Assembly: GCA_035968315.1 (NCBI GenBank)
Contig: JAVYIN010000007.1
Coordinates: 92,996 to 156,995 of the forward strand
DNA: 64,000 bases
Source of the DNA: Nitrospira sp.
GTDB lineage: Bacteria; Nitrospirota; Nitrospiria; Nitrospirales; Nitrospiraceae
Direction: 5' to 3'
The notes under the pieces were generated by a model, which was not told the DNA's origin, did not search any database, and saw only the letters and a list, made by a program, of their open reading frames with translations. Shown in pieces: positions 27,471 to 37,742 of this stretch. Position numbers and translations under genes: made by a program. Within the stretch, counting starts at the first letter, position 1, and the number at the start of each line of letters is the position of its first letter.

Positions 27471-27953
27471 ATGGCGGGGCGAGCATTGCTTCAAGCGGGT
27501 TTCCGGCTGATCGGACTGGGGAGTGCGCTGCTGTTTCTGCCGGGAGAGGGTCTTGCCGGCCCAAGTCTGGAACGCTTCACGCTGGTGTTGAACGGAGCGG
27601 GCGTGAAAGACGCCAAGACCGGGCTTATCTGGGAACAGGAACCGGACCGGGAGCATGACGTCTGGGGCCGGTCCAATGAGCGCTGTGCGGCGAAAACCGT
27701 CGGTGGCCAGCAGGGCTGGCGTGGGCCGACCATCGACGAGCTCAAGACCTTGATCGATCCGTCACAGCATGATCCCGCCTTGCCGGCCGGCCATCCCTTC
27801 TCGAATATCAAATCAGAAATTTACTGGACCGCGACGCCCGATCCCAAGGACGACATCGTGGCGTGGCAGGTGAGTTTCTTCAGCGGCGAGCCGGTCACCG
27901 ACCAGAAATCCGGCACGCGCCGCATGTGGTGCGTGCTCAATGAAACGCGGTAG
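27471..27953 (+). CDS. Secreted DUF1566 (Lcl C-terminal domain) protein
   Basis: Signal peptide. TGLIWEQEPD, WRGPTIDELKTL, YWTATP and RRMWCV are typical of DUF1566. Confidence 0.7.
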   Translation: MAGRALLQAGFRLIGLGSALLFLPGEGLAGPSLERFTLVLNGAGVKDAKTGLIWEQEPDREHDVWGRSNERCAAKTVGGQQGWRGPTIDELKTLIDPSQHDPALPAGHPFSNIKSEIYWTATPDPKDDIVAWQVSFFSGEPVTDQKSGTRRMWCVLNETR

Positions 27954-28010
27954 TTCTGACGCTTCGTAGCTTGCTCCCTGAATGGCGAACCCATGTGGGG
28001 TGTATTCGAC

Positions 28011-28763
28011 TCACGGTTGGGAATTCGTCACCTTCGGATGGGACTGTCTGAGCCGACGCAACTGCTCGACAAGCCTCGTGTTCAATGTGTCCAACGCCAG
28101 GTTTTTCCCCTGCATGAACGCAGCCTGATCCTCAATGGCCATGGCCGGGCCGACAAGCCGTGATTGGCCCTCGGCCGACACGATGCCATAAGCCAATCCG
28201 GAGCGGACATCCCACAGGCTGCCGTCGATGAGCACCAGCGCCTCGCTGACGGTGCCCGGCGCGAGGTAGGCTCCGAGGATCGTCGGGTAGAGCAGGGCGT
28301 AGCCGTTGTTGTAGCGGTCCACGGCTCCGGCTCCGGTGACAATCATGATCACGTCTGCGCCATAGCGGGCGGCGGCTTTCCTGATATCCGCGAGGCTGAC
28401 ATGCGGCACGGCCGAGTCGGCAAGGATGAGGCTCTCGCGCAGAATGTGCTGGTCTTGCAAGGGGGCCAGCGCACGAAGCAGCGCATCCTTGTCCTGGCTC
28501 AGCCATTCGACCGGCCGGATGGTCTCTCTGGTGGGAAATTCCTGGCGCGTGAAAAAGACACCGAGGCGGAACGGGGCAGCCACCGAGGGTATGGGCTGTT
28601 CTGCGACCCCAGGCACTGTGGGCGGCTGGGTCAGAGTCACCGTCACCGTCTGACGGATCACGTCCTGTATCTCCGTCCGGTTAAACGCGGAGTGGCTGGC
28701 GCAGGCCGGCAGCGTGAGCAGCATCAGAAGCGTGAGCGCCGAGAGCGGTGTGGGTCGAGTCAT
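28011..28763 (-). CDS. Hypothetical lipoprotein
   Basis: Lipobox LLTLPAC after a hydrophobic N-terminus. No family recognised. Confidence 0.55.
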   Translation of the reverse strand: MTRPTPLSALTLLMLLTLPACASHSAFNRTEIQDVIRQTVTVTLTQPPTVPGVAEQPIPSVAAPFRLGVFFTRQEFPTRETIRPVEWLSQDKDALLRALAPLQDQHILRESLILADSAVPHVSLADIRKAAARYGADVIMIVTGAGAVDRYNNGYALLYPTILGAYLAPGTVSEALVLIDGSLWDVRSGLAYGIVSAEGQSRLVGPAMAIEDQAAFMQGKNLALDTLNTRLVEQLRRLRQSHPKVTNSQP

Positions 28764-28770
28764 CCCATCC

Positions 28771-29694
28771 TCATGTCATGGAGCCTGTGGTGCCGGACAG
28801 TTCTTCCAGGGCCAGTACGAGAGCCTGGGTGCCGCTGCGGCCGTGGCCCAGGGCCTGGACGCGCTGATACAGGCCGTGCACGAGGGCGAGTCCCGGAAGC
28901 GTGAGGCCCATGCGGGCCGCTTCCTCCAGCGCGATGCCCATGTCTTTGACGAAGTGTTCGACGAAAAACCCCGGGTCGAAGTTGCGCTGCAACATTCTGG
29001 GCGCCAAGTGATCCAACGTCCAGCACGCGGCGGCGCCGCCTCGGATCGATTCCAGCATGCGGGGCAGGTCGAGCCCGGCTGTGTGGCCGTAGAGCAGGCT
29101 TTCACAGACCCCCACCATCGTGCCGGCAATGACGATCTGATTGCAGAGCTTCGCATGCTGGCCGGCGCCCGCGCGGCCGTGATACACGATCTTCTTGCCC
29201 AGGCATTCGAGGAGGGGGCGCACGCGTTCGACCGCATCACGGTCCCCACCCGCCATGATCGAGAGGGTGGCCTGTTTCGCGCCGACGTCACCCCCGGACA
29301 CCGGCGCATCGATGGCTGTCACGCCTTTGGCCGCCGCGGCTGCGGCGATCTCGCGGCTCAGCGAGGGCTCGGTCGTTGTCATGTCGATGAGAATCGTGCC
29401 GGGTCTGGCGGCGTGCAGCAGGCCCTCGTCGCCGAAGTAGACGGCTCGCACATCCCGGGGAAATCCCACCATCGTGACGAGGAGGTCCACTCCGGCGGCC
29501 GCCGCGCGCACCGACTCCGCCCAGGCCGCTCCGAGATCGAGCAACGGTCGGGCCTTGGCCGGCGTGCGGGTATGAACGGAGACGCGATAGCCGGCTTTCA
29601 GGAGGTGTCCGCACATGGCGGCGCCCATCACGCCGGTGCCGATCCAGGCGACAGTGGTGCGGGATGGATGGACCGGTGCGGACATGCTGGTCAC
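28771..29694 (-). CDS. NAD(P)-dependent 3-hydroxyisobutyrate dehydrogenase / 2-hydroxy-3-oxopropionate reductase family oxidoreductase
   Basis: VAWIGTGVMGAAMCGHLLKAGY (GxGxxG) and DAPVSGG motifs. Confidence 0.85.
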   Translation of the reverse strand: MTSMSAPVHPSRTTVAWIGTGVMGAAMCGHLLKAGYRVSVHTRTPAKARPLLDLGAAWAESVRAAAAGVDLLVTMVGFPRDVRAVYFGDEGLLHAARPGTILIDMTTTEPSLSREIAAAAAAKGVTAIDAPVSGGDVGAKQATLSIMAGGDRDAVERVRPLLECLGKKIVYHGRAGAGQHAKLCNQIVIAGTMVGVCESLLYGHTAGLDLPRMLESIRGGAAACWTLDHLAPRMLQRNFDPGFFVEHFVKDMGIALEEAARMGLTLPGLALVHGLYQRVQALGHGRSGTQALVLALEELSGTTGSMT

Positions 29695-30170
29695 TCGATG
29701 ACGGGGAGAATACGTGTGGCCACGGCTTGGACAAAGCCTTCTTCTTCCCGGACAACCTTGAGCCCTTGAAAGCTCAGGTAGTAGCCGCCATGGCTGGGCG
29801 CCTGAATGGTGGCGCTCACTTCCACGCGCTGCCCGTCCTCGATGTCAGGGTCTTTCACCAGTGGCCGATCGCAGATGCCGAGCACCGCGACGGACATGAC
29901 ACCGGTATCGTCTTCAAGCTTGAAGAGGTAGCCGCCGTAACAGACGTGTTCGTTCTGGAGTTTATAGGGATCGAGCGGTGTGACATCACGCGCGACGCCC
30001 AGCATGGTCACTTGCCGCAAATGATAGATGCGCGGATCTTCCAGGATCTGCTCAATCGGAATCGGTTCCTCGGCCAGGAGTGGTGTGGGCAGAGCCATGA
30101 GGGGGATGAGGAGCGCGAGCCAGGAGGCGACCTGGACGGCGCTCTTCGTCGTGGGTCTGAGGGCGTTCAT
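29691..30170 (-). CDS. Hypothetical secreted protein
   Basis: 159-aa ORF with a signal-like N-terminus. It overlaps the downstream dehydrogenase gene start by 4 nt. Confidence 0.5.
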   Translation of the reverse strand: MNALRPTTKSAVQVASWLALLIPLMALPTPLLAEEPIPIEQILEDPRIYHLRQVTMLGVARDVTPLDPYKLQNEHVCYGGYLFKLEDDTGVMSVAVLGICDRPLVKDPDIEDGQRVEVSATIQAPSHGGYYLSFQGLKVVREEEGFVQAVATRILPVIE

Positions 30171-30277
30171 AATGTTCTATTCTACCATTGTTTGACGAAT
30201 GAGCGCGCGGCGGGCCGCTTTCTCTTCCGCCGCCTCGCCGGTATAATTCGCGCTCATCAGACTGGAGGCAGACGACC

Positions 30278-31645
30278 ATGGCGAACGAGCAGCAGCTGAA
30301 ACATTTTGTGAACGACAGCCGGCCGCGCTTTGAAGACCTGCTGGGGCAGCTGGTGGAAGTGCCGTCCATCAGCATGGATCCGGCGCGGGCCGGAGAGATG
30401 CCGCGCGCGGCGACGCTGGCCGTGCACTATTTGACGAGTCTCGGAGCCGAGGCGAAGGTCGTCGAAACAGGCGGCTACCCCATTGTGTCCGGAGGATGGA
30501 CGACGGGCGCCCATCATCCGACCGTGACGATTTACAATCATCTCGATGTGCAGCCGGCGCAGGAGCCGGAATGGAAAGAGGCGCCCTTCGCCTTTCGCAA
30601 GGAGGACGGCATCTATCATGGCCGCGGCGCGACCGATGACAAGGGGCCGGCGTTGGCGGCCTTGCTCGGCGCGCGCTTCGCGATCGAGCAGGGGCTGCCC
30701 ATCAATATTCGCTTTCTGTGGGAGCTGGAAGAGGAAATCGGCAGTCCGCACTTTGCGGCCGGTTTGAAGAATCGCGCGGCGATTCCCCGGCCTGACTCGG
30801 TGGTCGTGTCGGATACCATCTGGCTCGCCAAAGGCAAGCCCGCCATGCCGTACGGGTTGCGCGGGTTGATCGGGGCGCGGCTCACGCTCAAAACCGGCAC
30901 GAAGGACGCGCATTCCGGCGTCACCGGCGGCGCGGCGCGCAATCCCCTGGCCGAACTCATGGAAGTCGCCCAGGCCTGTGTGGATGCCAAGACGGGCAAG
31001 GTGAAGATTCCCGGATTCTATGACGATGTGGTGGAGCCGACGAAGGCGGAGATCAAGAGTTTTCTGAAGTCAGGATTTCAAGTGTCGCGATTCAAGCAGG
31101 CCTATGGATTTCAGACGCTGCGCACGCAGGATCCGGCCGACATCATGCGCCGCATCTGGGCCGCACCGACCTTTGAAGTGCATGGCCTCACCGGCGGCTA
31201 TCATGGCCCCGGTGTGAAGACCGTGGTGCCGGGGCATGGCGAACTCAAAGTGAGCATGCGGCTGGTGCCGAACCAGACGCCGGAAAAGGCCTTTGCGCTG
31301 CTCAAGAGACATGTCGCCAAGGTGAATCCGAATGTGAAGGTGGAGCGGGAAGGGATGCTCCAGCCGTTCAAGGGCCTGTTTGAAGGGCCCTATGTCGACG
31401 CGGTGAAGCGGGCGGCCAAGGCGGGATTCGGCAAGGAGCCGGCCTTTATTCGCGAAGGCGGATCGATCGGCGCCGTGGTGACGATGCAGAAAGCCTGGAA
31501 GGTGCCGATTCTGTTTCTGGGCCTCAGTCTGCCCGAGCACGGCTATCATGCGCCGAACGAATACTTCGACTGGGGCCAGGCCTCCAGCGGCATGAAAGCT
31601 TTCGCGCACTATTTCGAGGAACTGGCGAAAATGGGGAAGGGGTAG
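30278..31645 (+). CDS. M20 family metallopeptidase (dipeptidase/deacylase type)
   Basis: YNHLDVQPA, GRGATDDKG and EEEIGSP motifs. Confidence 0.85.
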   Translation: MANEQQLKHFVNDSRPRFEDLLGQLVEVPSISMDPARAGEMPRAATLAVHYLTSLGAEAKVVETGGYPIVSGGWTTGAHHPTVTIYNHLDVQPAQEPEWKEAPFAFRKEDGIYHGRGATDDKGPALAALLGARFAIEQGLPINIRFLWELEEEIGSPHFAAGLKNRAAIPRPDSVVVSDTIWLAKGKPAMPYGLRGLIGARLTLKTGTKDAHSGVTGGAARNPLAELMEVAQACVDAKTGKVKIPGFYDDVVEPTKAEIKSFLKSGFQVSRFKQAYGFQTLRTQDPADIMRRIWAAPTFEVHGLTGGYHGPGVKTVVPGHGELKVSMRLVPNQTPEKAFALLKRHVAKVNPNVKVEREGMLQPFKGLFEGPYVDAVKRAAKAGFGKEPAFIREGGSIGAVVTMQKAWKVPILFLGLSLPEHGYHAPNEYFDWGQASSGMKAFAHYFEELAKMGKG

Positions 31646-31759
31646 GGAGCACCCGGCCCGTCTTTCTTGCTCGCTGAGGCCCCACGATAAAGCGGTGGTC
31701 CCTCAATGCGCGCAGTGAAAGATAGGCCGGATGCTCCCGTGAGAGGAGAGTGGGAATAG

Positions 31760-32395
31760 TCATCCCGCCTTGGGATAGGCCTCGTTCAGGCAGTCGGGGC
31801 AGATATCCCGTGTCAGCTTTCTGTCGAAGCACTGTTCCAGATAGTCTTCGATCCGTTTCCGGTAAGTTCCGTCCGACCGGACACGTTTGCATTTCGCGCA
31901 GATGGCGATCAGCCCGCGCAGGCTTTTCAGTTCTTCAAGAGCCCGTTCCAGTTCCTCCGTCTTGATCAGGAGTTCCTGCTCGCGCACCTTTCTGGCATCC
32001 AGTTCCTGCTTCAGGCTAAGGGCGGTGGAGACTCTGGCGATGAGTTCGACCGGGGTGATCGGTTTCCTGAGAAAGTCGGTGGCGCCGGCAGTGTAGGCGG
32101 CTTGCAGATCGCTCGCGTCGGTTTTCGCCGTGATCATAATGATGGGAACCAGTTCCAACCGTTCGCTCGACCGAATATGACGGCAGGCTTCCAGCCCGTC
32201 GATGTCCGGCATCATCAGATCCATGAGAATCACGTCCGGATTGCAGGGGGGAATCCTCCTGCCCGTGATTCCGAGCAGGTCCAGCGCCTGGCGGCCCGAT
32301 TCGGCCGTGATCACCGGGCCATAGCCTGCCTTGTGTAGCACGAGCTGTAAGAATTCCCGTTCTTCGTCAAAATCGTCGACCAGCAAAATGCTCAT
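31760..32395 (-). CDS. Response regulator: receiver + coiled coil + C-terminal Cys-rich module
   Basis: ILLVDDFDEE...DVILMDLMMPDIDG...ITAK...KP; C-terminal ICAKCKRVRSDGTYRKRIEDYLEQCFDRKLTRDICPDC. Confidence 0.85.
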   Translation of the reverse strand: MSILLVDDFDEEREFLQLVLHKAGYGPVITAESGRQALDLLGITGRRIPPCNPDVILMDLMMPDIDGLEACRHIRSSERLELVPIIMITAKTDASDLQAAYTAGATDFLRKPITPVELIARVSTALSLKQELDARKVREQELLIKTEELERALEELKSLRGLIAICAKCKRVRSDGTYRKRIEDYLEQCFDRKLTRDICPDCLNEAYPKAG

Positions 32396-32431
32396 GTCCG
32401 TGTCTCCAATGGAATGGCTGCATCGCCTTGC

Positions 32432-35400
32432 TCATGCCGCGTGATCCTGCGCGGGGTCGAGCGGGGTCAGAATCTGTGTGAGCGCGTGTATTTCCGCTGC
32501 AACACGATGGAGTTGTCGCCTGTGCGCCGCGTCTTCCAGGGCGGTGCCGATCGCGCCGATCTCCGTGAATCCGTAGGATCCGGCCAGACCCTTCATGCGA
32601 TGGCCGATGGTCTGAATAGTGGCCCAATCGCTGGTGCGAACCGCCGAGGCCAAGATCTCGAGGTCGAGCCGGCGATTGTGGAGAAATTTTTCACGGAGTC
32701 GATCCAGATCCTGTTCATCCATCAGCGGCGGAGGCGAATCCGCCGGCGAGGGCCGTTTCCGATCCGGAGGGGCCGTGGACAGGTTGGCGTAGTACGAAAT
32801 CGTTTCGAGGAAGGCCGTTTGGGAAAATGGTTTGCCGATGAAGCCCGTGCATCCGGCTTTGAGGCTCCGTTCCCAGGCGGCATTCAACACATCGGCCGTC
32901 AAGGCCAGAATCGGCATGGGGGGAAGTCCTTGCGCCTTCTCCCAGGCGCGAATGGCTTCGGCCGTGGCGTAGCCGTCCATACCGGGCATTTGGAGATCCA
33001 GGAACACAAGGTCGTAGCGGTGGGCCTGGCACTGTTGAAGGGCGGCTGGCCCGCTGCCAGCCAGATCCAGCTGATAAGGGAGGTCTTTGAGGTACAGGCT
33101 CACCAGTTGTCCGGTCTCGGGGGAATCATCGATGAGCAGGATGGTCAAGGGCACGGCAGCCTGCGTCTTGGCGGGCGTGTTTCTGGCGGCCGCGTCCGGT
33201 AATTCCAGTCGATCAGACGTCGCGGGCGTTCCGGACAGTGCGGCCGTGACGGAGAAGGGGAGTGCCACGGTAAAGGTGCTCCCCTTGCCGGTCTCGCTGG
33301 TCACCTGGATGGTGCCTCCCATCATGTCCACCAGTTGCTTGCAGATCGACAGCCCCAGGCCGGCCCCTCCATATTTTCGGCTGTCGCCGGAATCGACTTG
33401 TGTGAAGCGGCCGAAGATGTGATCGAGCTGGTTCGCAGGGATTCCAATTCCTGTGTCGCTGACGGTGAATTGAAGCAGGGGGCGGCGGGGATCGGCCTGG
33501 GCGATCGACAGGATGAGGCTGACGGAGCCCTGCTCCGTAAATTTCAGCGCGTTCCCTAGGAGGTTGAGGAGAATTTGCTGGAGCCGGAATCCGTCTCCTT
33601 CCAACAGAGTCGGCACCTCCGGGGCGATGTCGATGTGCAACGCGACGTCTTTTCCCCGCTGGCGCAATTCCACGAGCCGTCTCGTGCGTTCCAGAAGTTC
33701 GGTCAGATCGAAGGGACTAGATTCCACACGCAAGGTGCCGGCTTCTATCTTCGCCAGATCCAACAGGTCGTCGACCAGCCGCAAGAGCGCCTGGCTCGCA
33801 CGCTGTCCCATGACGGCGCATTCCCGCTGCTCCGGTGTCAGGGAGGATTTCAAGAGCAAGTCACTGGTTCCGATAATGGCGTTGAGCGGGGTGCGAAGCT
33901 CATGGCTCATATTGGCCAGAAATTCGGTCTTCATCCGGTTGGCGGATTCGGCGGCGGTCCGGGTGCGCCGCAGGTCTTCTTCCGTCTGCTTGCGTTCCGT
34001 GATGTCGCGCAAGAATGCGCTGAATTCTGTCTGCCCATCGAGATGGATGGGCGTGATGGCCAGTTCGACCGGGAATTCTCGCCCGCTTCGATGGCGGGCC
34101 GAAACCTCAATGCGCTGGTTCAAGACCGGGCCCTGGCCGGTTTCCCTGTGAAGCCGGATGCCACGCTCATGCGCCTCGCGGTAGGAGGGCGGGATAATCG
34201 TGTCGGTCAGGGATTGCCCAAGCGCTTCTTCGACGGTCCACCCGAAGATCTGTTCTGCTTGCGCATTCCAGCCGGTGATCACGCCCTGGTGGTCGATCGT
34301 GATGACCGCATCGAGCGCAATATCGATAATTTTCCGTGTCCGTGTGTTGGTTGCCTCCATGGCGCGATGGGCGATCGCTGCTCGCGTCTCATCCGCGAGC
34401 TGCTGGCGCCATGATCGATACAACAGCCCCAAGAGGGGAAGCAGGGCGACTGTGCCGATCCCGATCAGTTTCCACAGCAGGATCCAAATAGAGTGCAGCA
34501 CCGCACTCCGGTCGGCTCGCACGAGAATGCGCCATTGAAATTCCGGTTCATGCGGCAACCCGCCCATGCGCGCAAATCCGGTGAGCGCGTTGATTCCGCT
34601 GCCGGTATCGACTTCCTCGACATAGCCGGTCTTACCCTGGTCTGCGAGGACGGTCGACGGCAAGCGAACCGGGTTCCGATCGGATGGTGCAGCCGGGTGA
34701 GCATCGGAAGTCAGCAGAACGTCGCCGGTTGGGCTGAGGACCAGAAATTCGGCAATTTCCGGTTGGGAGGACGACTCGTTCCCCCGATGGGTGGTCTGCG
34801 TGACGAATGTGCGAAAGACCTGTTCATGGACCTCGGTCATGATGGCACCCTGCCACGTACCTGTGGTCCCGACGAATTGTGTCGCAAAGCGAACCGAACC
34901 CAGGGAGCCTCCGGCGTGATGATGTTGCTGGACGATTTCGGCGTACGGCTGAGGGTTGTGCGCAATGGCCCGAAACCAGGCTTCCGAGGAAAGAGGCGTT
35001 CCCTGTAGCGCGCGATCGGTGGAGGCCAGGACGCGGCCATCGGTCGCTACGACGGAGAGGCGTTGGTACATTGGGTACAGCTGTTTCAGGTGGTCCAGAT
35101 ACGCCGTGATCCGTTCCCGGTCCGGTTGATTCAGCACGGGCGCGCGCGAGAAGGCTTGAATGTCCCCGAGCCGTTCGGCCAGGACCATATCCAATTTGTC
35201 GGCGATATCCGCTGCGCCGAGCGCCACTGTGTCGCCGGCGCGCGCGATGAGTTCCTGTTTTACCAGGAGGAGCGTCACTGGCACCAAGCCGAGGGCCAGG
35301 CCCACGATCAGGCCGATGACGATTCGACGGATGAGGGAAGTGCCCAGATAGCGTTGCCACATCATTATGCCGTGAGCCTGTGCGTCAGGACGGGACCGTG

Positions 35401-35434
35401 TGCCTCGCGATGCGAGAAGGAATGTGCCGCACAC
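32432..35434 (-). CDS. Hybrid sensor histidine kinase: TM + Cache-like, PAS, HisKA, HATPase_c, receiver, HPt
   Basis: SHELRTPLNAIIG, NLLGNALKFT, DTGIGI, GGAGLGLSICK; receiver ILLIDDSPE..LDLQMPGMDG; HPt IGHRMKGLAGSYGF. The start may be the internal MMWQRY... (35365). Confidence 0.9.
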   Translation of the reverse strand: MCGTFLLASRGTRSRPDAQAHGIMMWQRYLGTSLIRRIVIGLIVGLALGLVPVTLLLVKQELIARAGDTVALGAADIADKLDMVLAERLGDIQAFSRAPVLNQPDRERITAYLDHLKQLYPMYQRLSVVATDGRVLASTDRALQGTPLSSEAWFRAIAHNPQPYAEIVQQHHHAGGSLGSVRFATQFVGTTGTWQGAIMTEVHEQVFRTFVTQTTHRGNESSSQPEIAEFLVLSPTGDVLLTSDAHPAAPSDRNPVRLPSTVLADQGKTGYVEEVDTGSGINALTGFARMGGLPHEPEFQWRILVRADRSAVLHSIWILLWKLIGIGTVALLPLLGLLYRSWRQQLADETRAAIAHRAMEATNTRTRKIIDIALDAVITIDHQGVITGWNAQAEQIFGWTVEEALGQSLTDTIIPPSYREAHERGIRLHRETGQGPVLNQRIEVSARHRSGREFPVELAITPIHLDGQTEFSAFLRDITERKQTEEDLRRTRTAAESANRMKTEFLANMSHELRTPLNAIIGTSDLLLKSSLTPEQRECAVMGQRASQALLRLVDDLLDLAKIEAGTLRVESSPFDLTELLERTRRLVELRQRGKDVALHIDIAPEVPTLLEGDGFRLQQILLNLLGNALKFTEQGSVSLILSIAQADPRRPLLQFTVSDTGIGIPANQLDHIFGRFTQVDSGDSRKYGGAGLGLSICKQLVDMMGGTIQVTSETGKGSTFTVALPFSVTAALSGTPATSDRLELPDAAARNTPAKTQAAVPLTILLIDDSPETGQLVSLYLKDLPYQLDLAGSGPAALQQCQAHRYDLVFLDLQMPGMDGYATAEAIRAWEKAQGLPPMPILALTADVLNAAWERSLKAGCTGFIGKPFSQTAFLETISYYANLSTAPPDRKRPSPADSPPPLMDEQDLDRLREKFLHNRRLDLEILASAVRTSDWATIQTIGHRMKGLAGSYGFTEIGAIGTALEDAAHRRQLHRVAAEIHALTQILTPLDPAQDHAA

Positions 35435-35535
35435 ATGTTTAAAATACCCCGAGGTGGGTGGAATACCTAGAAGATTTTCAGTTTGGAATCTGCGCGTCGA
35501 ATGGATGGTCAGGAGGAATCAGAAGGGAACGAAAC

Positions 35536-35570
35536 GGCGGCGGAGGGTTGGGATGCAGGCCTCCGCCGCC
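35536..35570 (-). terminator. Hairpin GGCGGCGGAGG-13 nt loop-CCTCCGCCGCC immediately 3' of the 35581-37296 gene
   Basis: Perfect 11-bp GC-rich stem. On the minus strand it is followed by GTTTCGTT. Confidence 0.5.
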
Positions 35571-35580
35571 TAATAGAAGC

Positions 35581-37296
35581 TTAGGGCTGCTTCTCTTCCG
35601 CTGAGGCCAGAATGGGCAGGAACATCGGATCGGCGTCGAGCACGGCCTTCAGCAGTTCCGAGTGCAGGAAATACCGCCAGACGTCGTCGGTCTTGCCGGG
35701 GATCTCGTCAAACCACCGCTTGGCTTCCGTCACATGGTGGAGGAGCTGGGCTTTGTCCCCGTAGTTCGGCATGAAGATCATGCTGTAGGCCATGGTGTAT
35801 TCGGCCAGAAATTTGTCGAGCGGCAGGTCGGCGACCGCCAGCGAGGCCTCGGCGTCGGCGTAGGCGCGGTTGATTTCCGGATCGTGGAGGATCCGGTTCC
35901 AGGCCGATTTATGCAGGCGGGACCAGGCGAGCTGCAGCAAGGCTTCGGCCTTGGCCGACCGCCGGCTGTCGGGAATGTCTTTGACCAGGGCGTCATGCGT
36001 CTCGATGGCGGCCTGCTGGTCGTTATTCCAGCGATAGGCGACGCCGAGGCGAAACCGGTTGTCGAGCTGTTCCGGCCGGACGGTGGCCAGGGCTTCAGCC
36101 GCCGGCAAGAGGCGGAAGAGATAGTCGGCCGGGGTCGGTTGTGAGAGCCCGCCCATTTCCATGCCGTTCGACAGATCGGTTCTGGTCGATTGGGCGTAAA
36201 TGTTCCAATAGAATTCGCTGACGACCAGCGAGAGCGACGGATCCTTGACGAGGAGGTTGTGGCCCTTGCCGCCTTCCCGCAGGAGGATCGCATAGAGGTT
36301 GCGGGTCAGGACGGTGAGCGCATCCACCTGGTTCGGGTCGATCAGCAGGATGCGGTTTAGGAGCGCCACGCGGTCGCGCATGTCCGGGAATGTCGCGGCG
36401 CGGGCGGCGGCGGCGGTCAAGGTGCCCGGCTGGTCGTCCGGCCCCCACCACACCATCGATTCGGGGAGGACACGGCTGATCTCGGTCGTAAAGGGAATTT
36501 TCTCAGGCTGCATGCCGGCCACCGCCGGCTGCATCACCACCGGCAGATTGAAGACGGCGGCATCGCCGGGAAACCCGTGTTTCTTCAAGCCGGTGAGCAC
36601 AACCCACTGCGTCGCGACGGACTTCAGCGCTTTTCGCGCGCGCTTGATCGTATTGGTCCACTTGACGGTGCCCGCGGCATAGGTCACCGGGGATGCGAGG
36701 GGATCCTGGTAGGTCACGGTCATCGTGACCAGCGTGGCCGGCGCGGCGAGGACCTTTCCGTTCGCATTCAGGCGGAATGAGCCGGAGGGCAGCGGCTGGC
36801 TCTTGGTCACGGCGACGTGCAGACCGCTTCCGGGAGGCGAGATGCCCAGCTCATTCATGACGAACGCCGACGCCGGCAGGCGCGGCAGATCGTCGCCGAA
36901 GAACACCAGCGGGCCGGCGCTCGGCCAGAGGACGGTCATCCCGACGTCGTCCCGCTTCAAGGCGGGAGCATGGGCGGTTTGCAATTCCTGCCAGCAGGAT
37001 TCGTAGGACGGATCATCGGCCCGGGGGTAGGATTTCAGCCCGGACGGCGCCGCGGACACAAGGCGAAATTGACAGGCAAAGTCTAGGCGGCCGACTGTGG
37101 TGCGATCGCCTTTCGCGAGGGCTTCGGCATAGAGCAGGGCGGTCTCTGTGGCGGGACTTTTCGCCGGACTGGCCGGTGTGTGCTTGTGCGCAGGCGCGGC
37201 AAGGGCCTGGCTGGTACCCAGCCACCCCGCAACGGGGAGCGCAACCAGTGCCGCAAGGATCATGGAAGACAAGGGCGTCAAAGAACGACGAATCAT
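35581..37296 (-). CDS. Hypothetical secreted protein (about 570 aa; C-terminal half looks helical-repeat/TPR-like)
   Basis: ATG 37296 gives MIRRSLTPLSSMILAALVALPVAGWLGTSQALA (signal peptide); the track start is 37353. It is the last gene of the ECF sigma operon. Confidence 0.6.
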   Translation of the reverse strand: MIRRSLTPLSSMILAALVALPVAGWLGTSQALAAPAHKHTPASPAKSPATETALLYAEALAKGDRTTVGRLDFACQFRLVSAAPSGLKSYPRADDPSYESCWQELQTAHAPALKRDDVGMTVLWPSAGPLVFFGDDLPRLPASAFVMNELGISPPGSGLHVAVTKSQPLPSGSFRLNANGKVLAAPATLVTMTVTYQDPLASPVTYAAGTVKWTNTIKRARKALKSVATQWVVLTGLKKHGFPGDAAVFNLPVVMQPAVAGMQPEKIPFTTEISRVLPESMVWWGPDDQPGTLTAAAARAATFPDMRDRVALLNRILLIDPNQVDALTVLTRNLYAILLREGGKGHNLLVKDPSLSLVVSEFYWNIYAQSTRTDLSNGMEMGGLSQPTPADYLFRLLPAAEALATVRPEQLDNRFRLGVAYRWNNDQQAAIETHDALVKDIPDSRRSAKAEALLQLAWSRLHKSAWNRILHDPEINRAYADAEASLAVADLPLDKFLAEYTMAYSMIFMPNYGDKAQLLHHVTEAKRWFDEIPGKTDDVWRYFLHSELLKAVLDADPMFLPILASAEEKQP

Positions 37297-37437
37297 AATG
37301 ATCACCTGTATGCGAGTAAAGGTCTTGGCAGTCAAAAAATAACACTCTAGCATGGCGGTCGGCGAATCTGAAAGGGCCGGGGATGCGGTGCGCTGATGCC
37401 GGGCGCCGATCTAGCGGATGAGTCGGCGCTCAGGGGG

Positions 37438-37740
37438 TTAGCGCGGCCGGGCGGTCCGAAGAATGTTGGCGCGCATGCGGGCCCGTTCTGCGGAAGACAG
37501 GGCCGGCGCCGGTTGGTGGCGGCAGAGGGTGACGGTCTGCCGGAGTGACGTGAGGAACTCCTCGCAATTCGGACAGGCGCCGAGATGCCGGCGCAAGTCC
37601 GAACAAATGTCTCCCGGCAGCTCATCGTCGAGATAGGCCGACAGTTGCTTCAAGATCGCCACGCACCGTCCCTTCCCGTGCGTGTGCGTCGATGCCGAGA
37701 CGGATTTCTGAGTGGTGTCTGCCGCCGCGCGTTTCGCCAT
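37438..37740 (-). CDS. Zinc-binding anti-sigma factor (ZAS, zf-HC2), soluble, no TM segment
   Basis: HLGACPNC (HxxxCxxC) plus upstream Cys residues. It starts 2 nt after the ECF sigma stop. Confidence 0.75.
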   Translation of the reverse strand: MAKRAAADTTQKSVSASTHTHGKGRCVAILKQLSAYLDDELPGDICSDLRRHLGACPNCEEFLTSLRQTVTLCRHQPAPALSSAERARMRANILRTARPR

Positions 37741-37742
37741 GG

